Both the position numbers and the translations under genes were made by a program. A DNA stretch of 64,000 bases from Lama guanicoe (lineage: Eukaryota): assembly GCA_013239625.1 (NCBI GenBank), contig MU053881.1:5789957-5853956 (forward strand), given 5' to 3'. Shown one piece after another: positions 61,298-64,000 of the stretch. Position 1 is the stretch's first letter. Every line of letters begins with the position of its first letter. Below the pieces are notes generated by a model, which made no database searches, was not told the DNA's origin, and worked only from the letters and a program-made list of their open reading frames with translations.

Positions 61298-63109
61298 TCC
61301 TTTCTTTTTTACAGCTGAGTTTTGAGAGCTCTTTATATATTTCAGATCTTTGTCCCTTTTTTGGGTGTACAGTTTGTAAATATTTTCTCCCAGCCTTAGC
61401 CTGTCTCTTCATCTTCTTCACATAGATTTCTGCAGAGGAAAAAGTTTTAATTTTGATGAGGTCCAAGTTATCCATTTTATTCTTTTGTGAATCATGTTTT
61501 TTTTTTGTATGTCAAATCTAAGAACTCTTCACTAGCTCTAGAAGCAGATTTTCTCCTATTTTAAAAAAGTTTGATAGGTTTACGTTCACATTCCAGTCCT
61601 GTTTGGAGTTAATGCATATCAGGTGTGAGGTTTGGATCAAGGTTCACTTTTTTGCTTATGAATGTCCATTTTGCTTCAGCACTGTTGGTTAAACACATTG
61701 TCCTTCCTCCTTTGAATTTCTTTTGCATCTTTGTCAAAAATAATCTGAGCATATATGAGTGGGTCTATTTCTGGGTTCTCTGTTCTGTTGCGTGAGTCTG
61801 TGTATCGATCCCCGCACCAACACCAACCATCTGGATTATAGCTATACAGTTAGCCTGAATGCTGAGTAGAGTGATTTCTCCCACTTTGTTTTTCTTTGTC
61901 AAGATGGTTTCAGCACTTCTAGGGCCTACAGCTTTCAATATAAATGTTAGAATATGATGTCTATGATTACAAAAAAACCTTGCTAGCAGGAATTTTGACA
62001 GGAATTGCATTAAACCTACAGATCTCTTGGGGAAGAACTGTCATCTTTACTATGTGTCTTCCAACCTGTGAACACCATTTATTTAAGTTTTCTTTGATCA
62101 GCATTCTGTAATTTTCAGCACACAGATCCTATACGTGTTCTATTAAGTGTGTATTTAAACATTTCACTTTCTTTTGGGCATCCTTCATATTTTAAAAGCC
62201 TCCATCTACCAGAGAAATTTCATGTGTTCAGAAATCATTAATTTTCAACATTTTGATGAGCTACCTTTCCCAAAGGTGCTCAATGAAGCACCTACTATGT
62301 GCTAGGCATTTCACTAGTTTATTTTATTACATCTTCTTCGGGCTATAACTCTGTAGGTAGCTGGGGATTAAGTCTGTTTTACTAGCCATTGTATCTCTGA
62401 ATCCCATTATGCAGCCTGTTGCTACAAAATGTTCAGTAAAAATATTTGTTGAATGAATGAATAATGAGCAACGTCACAACTGTGGGTTCTGAGAGGCCAT
62501 GAGCTGTGTCTGGTGAATACATTTTTGTATTTCATAGTACTTGGATCTGTAAATATTTGCTGAATGAGTAAAGCAGGTGGTATGGTTTTAATTTCACCAG
62601 TGAAGAGGCTGAGCAGCCAAGGAAAGATATTAACCGTAGTAACTGTCATGTACTGAGCATCAGCTGTGTTCTAGGCCCCAAGCAAGTGCTTTCCATGCAT
62701 TGTCTCATCTAATCCTCGTAGCTGCCCTGCAAGATTGGAGCTGTCAGTCTTTCTGTCTGGATGTTACTTTGCTTGTTCAAGATCATACTCTCTACTAGGG
62801 GCCTGAGTGCAGGTCTGTTTAACTCCAAAGCCTTTTAGTTTACCCCAAAGGGTTAATGTAATTTCAGCCAAAAGCAAAGAAAGTTTCTATTCTTGTTATC
62901 CTTTGTGGCTTTATTGTGGGTGAGTAGATGTGGGAATCTTTCAAAAGACGTTAAACTTTTGAAATATCAAAAGTAGCTATATCCCCTCCTCCGTCTCCAA
63001 TTCCATGGCGACCCCAGTTTGGTACCCAGGGATTTCAATCTCCACCCCTTCTTCTTCTTCCCCCTTCTTCTGTGCATCCTTATTATCATCCTAAGAGATT
63101 TCAAGAAAT

Positions 63110-63325
63110 TACTGAGTATGGAGCTCTGTGCGAAGTGCTTTGTATGTATTGACTTACTGTAGTGTGATTTCAACTCTGGATGGTAAATAATATGATTATC
63201 CCCATTTTACAGATGAAGAGACTGAGGCTCACAGTGGTTAAGTCCCTTTCCCAAAGTGACACAGCTAGTGAGAAGCGCTGTTGAGATCTGAACTTCGCGG
63301 GTCTGATTTGAGCACCCAGGCTCTT
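63110..63325 (-). mobile_element. MIR SINE
   Basis: tatccccattttacagatgaagagactgaggctcacag...cccaaagtgacacagctagt. Confidence 0.85.
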
Positions 63326-64000
63326 GATGGCCATGAGACACTGCCCCTTCCATGGGGAAACTTGAGACTAGAAAAAGAAAGGGATCACCCAAGCCAGTCA
63401 GAAAAAAGGAACCAGAACTCAACTCTCTTGCTCCCACCTGGGACTCTTCAAAAGGCCATCTGCATCATTTCTGGGGTCCTGCATGTGGGCAGCTACTGGC
63501 TTCTTGGGCTTCACCTCGCGGAAGCGTTTCAAATGTGAAATGCAGATACTCAAGGACTGCCCATTCAACTAATTACAGCACATCGAAAGGAACGAATTAC
63601 AGCCATGGAAAGAGATGATAACCAGAAACATTTTCCTGGAAACCCAATGAGTTCTTCCAGGAAACTGCTCTAAAGAGCAGCTATGAGTTGGGGAGCTTCT
63701 GGGATTCGTTCTGAGGGCCATTTCCTGGGGCCGGGAGGAGAGGGACGCCGAACTTCCCTGCCCGATCCTCAGAGCGCACGCCCAGAAGCTCATGTGCGTG
63801 GTGTGGGCTGCGGGCTGGGGCAGGGTTTGGTAGGTGCCGGGCGAGGTGCCTCCCATCCTCCCCCGCCAGCCAACGCTCCTGCTACTCGGTACAGGAAGCG
63901 GGAGGGGATGAGAAAGGCGGGAGGGGCAGTGGACGAGGGAATCAGGCTTCCTGAGTGAATGGGGGAGTGAATGGGGGAGGGAGGGAATGAATGGAAAATG

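Larger units (their letters stand above)
59440..62190 (-). mobile_element. old L1 (L1MC/MD-like) 3' ~2.7 kb with nested insertions
   Basis: Minus-strand ORF2-like peptides (LDLIKIKTFSSAE...KWADFNRHFTEEEIQVANKHMRRCST; ILTKKNKVGEITL); 3' end near 59450. Confidence 0.85.

Overview
Mammalian nuclear DNA, most likely camelid: it carries a tRNA-derived SINE of the vic-1 type and artiodactyl-style L1 3' ends. The only protein-coding gene I can support is a complete 4-exon SMIM23 (C5orf50) orthologue on the minus strand. Its CDS is join(59126-59049, 56007-55956, 55746-55679, 55432-55220), 411 nt, 136 aa, with canonical GT-AG introns, a GCCATGG Kozak context and an AATAAA about 114 nt after the stop. 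The rest is intergenic or intronic and repeat-rich: MIR, L2, old and young L1, MaLR (MLT1) LTRs, ERV1 and ERVL LTRs, hAT and Tigger DNA elements. A decayed ERV-L provirus at about 33.7-36.3 kb still shows gag, protease and RT remnants. Other notable items are a CpG island edge at the window start, several clean nested insertions with TSDs, a ~330 bp local direct duplication carrying a strong splice acceptor, and a few repeat-free, motif-dense candidate enhancers. Repeat family names come from my recollection of consensus sequences, and most repeat boundaries are approximate. Nearly all ORFs in the supplied track are non-coding noise. I did not find a convincing new multi-gene system.
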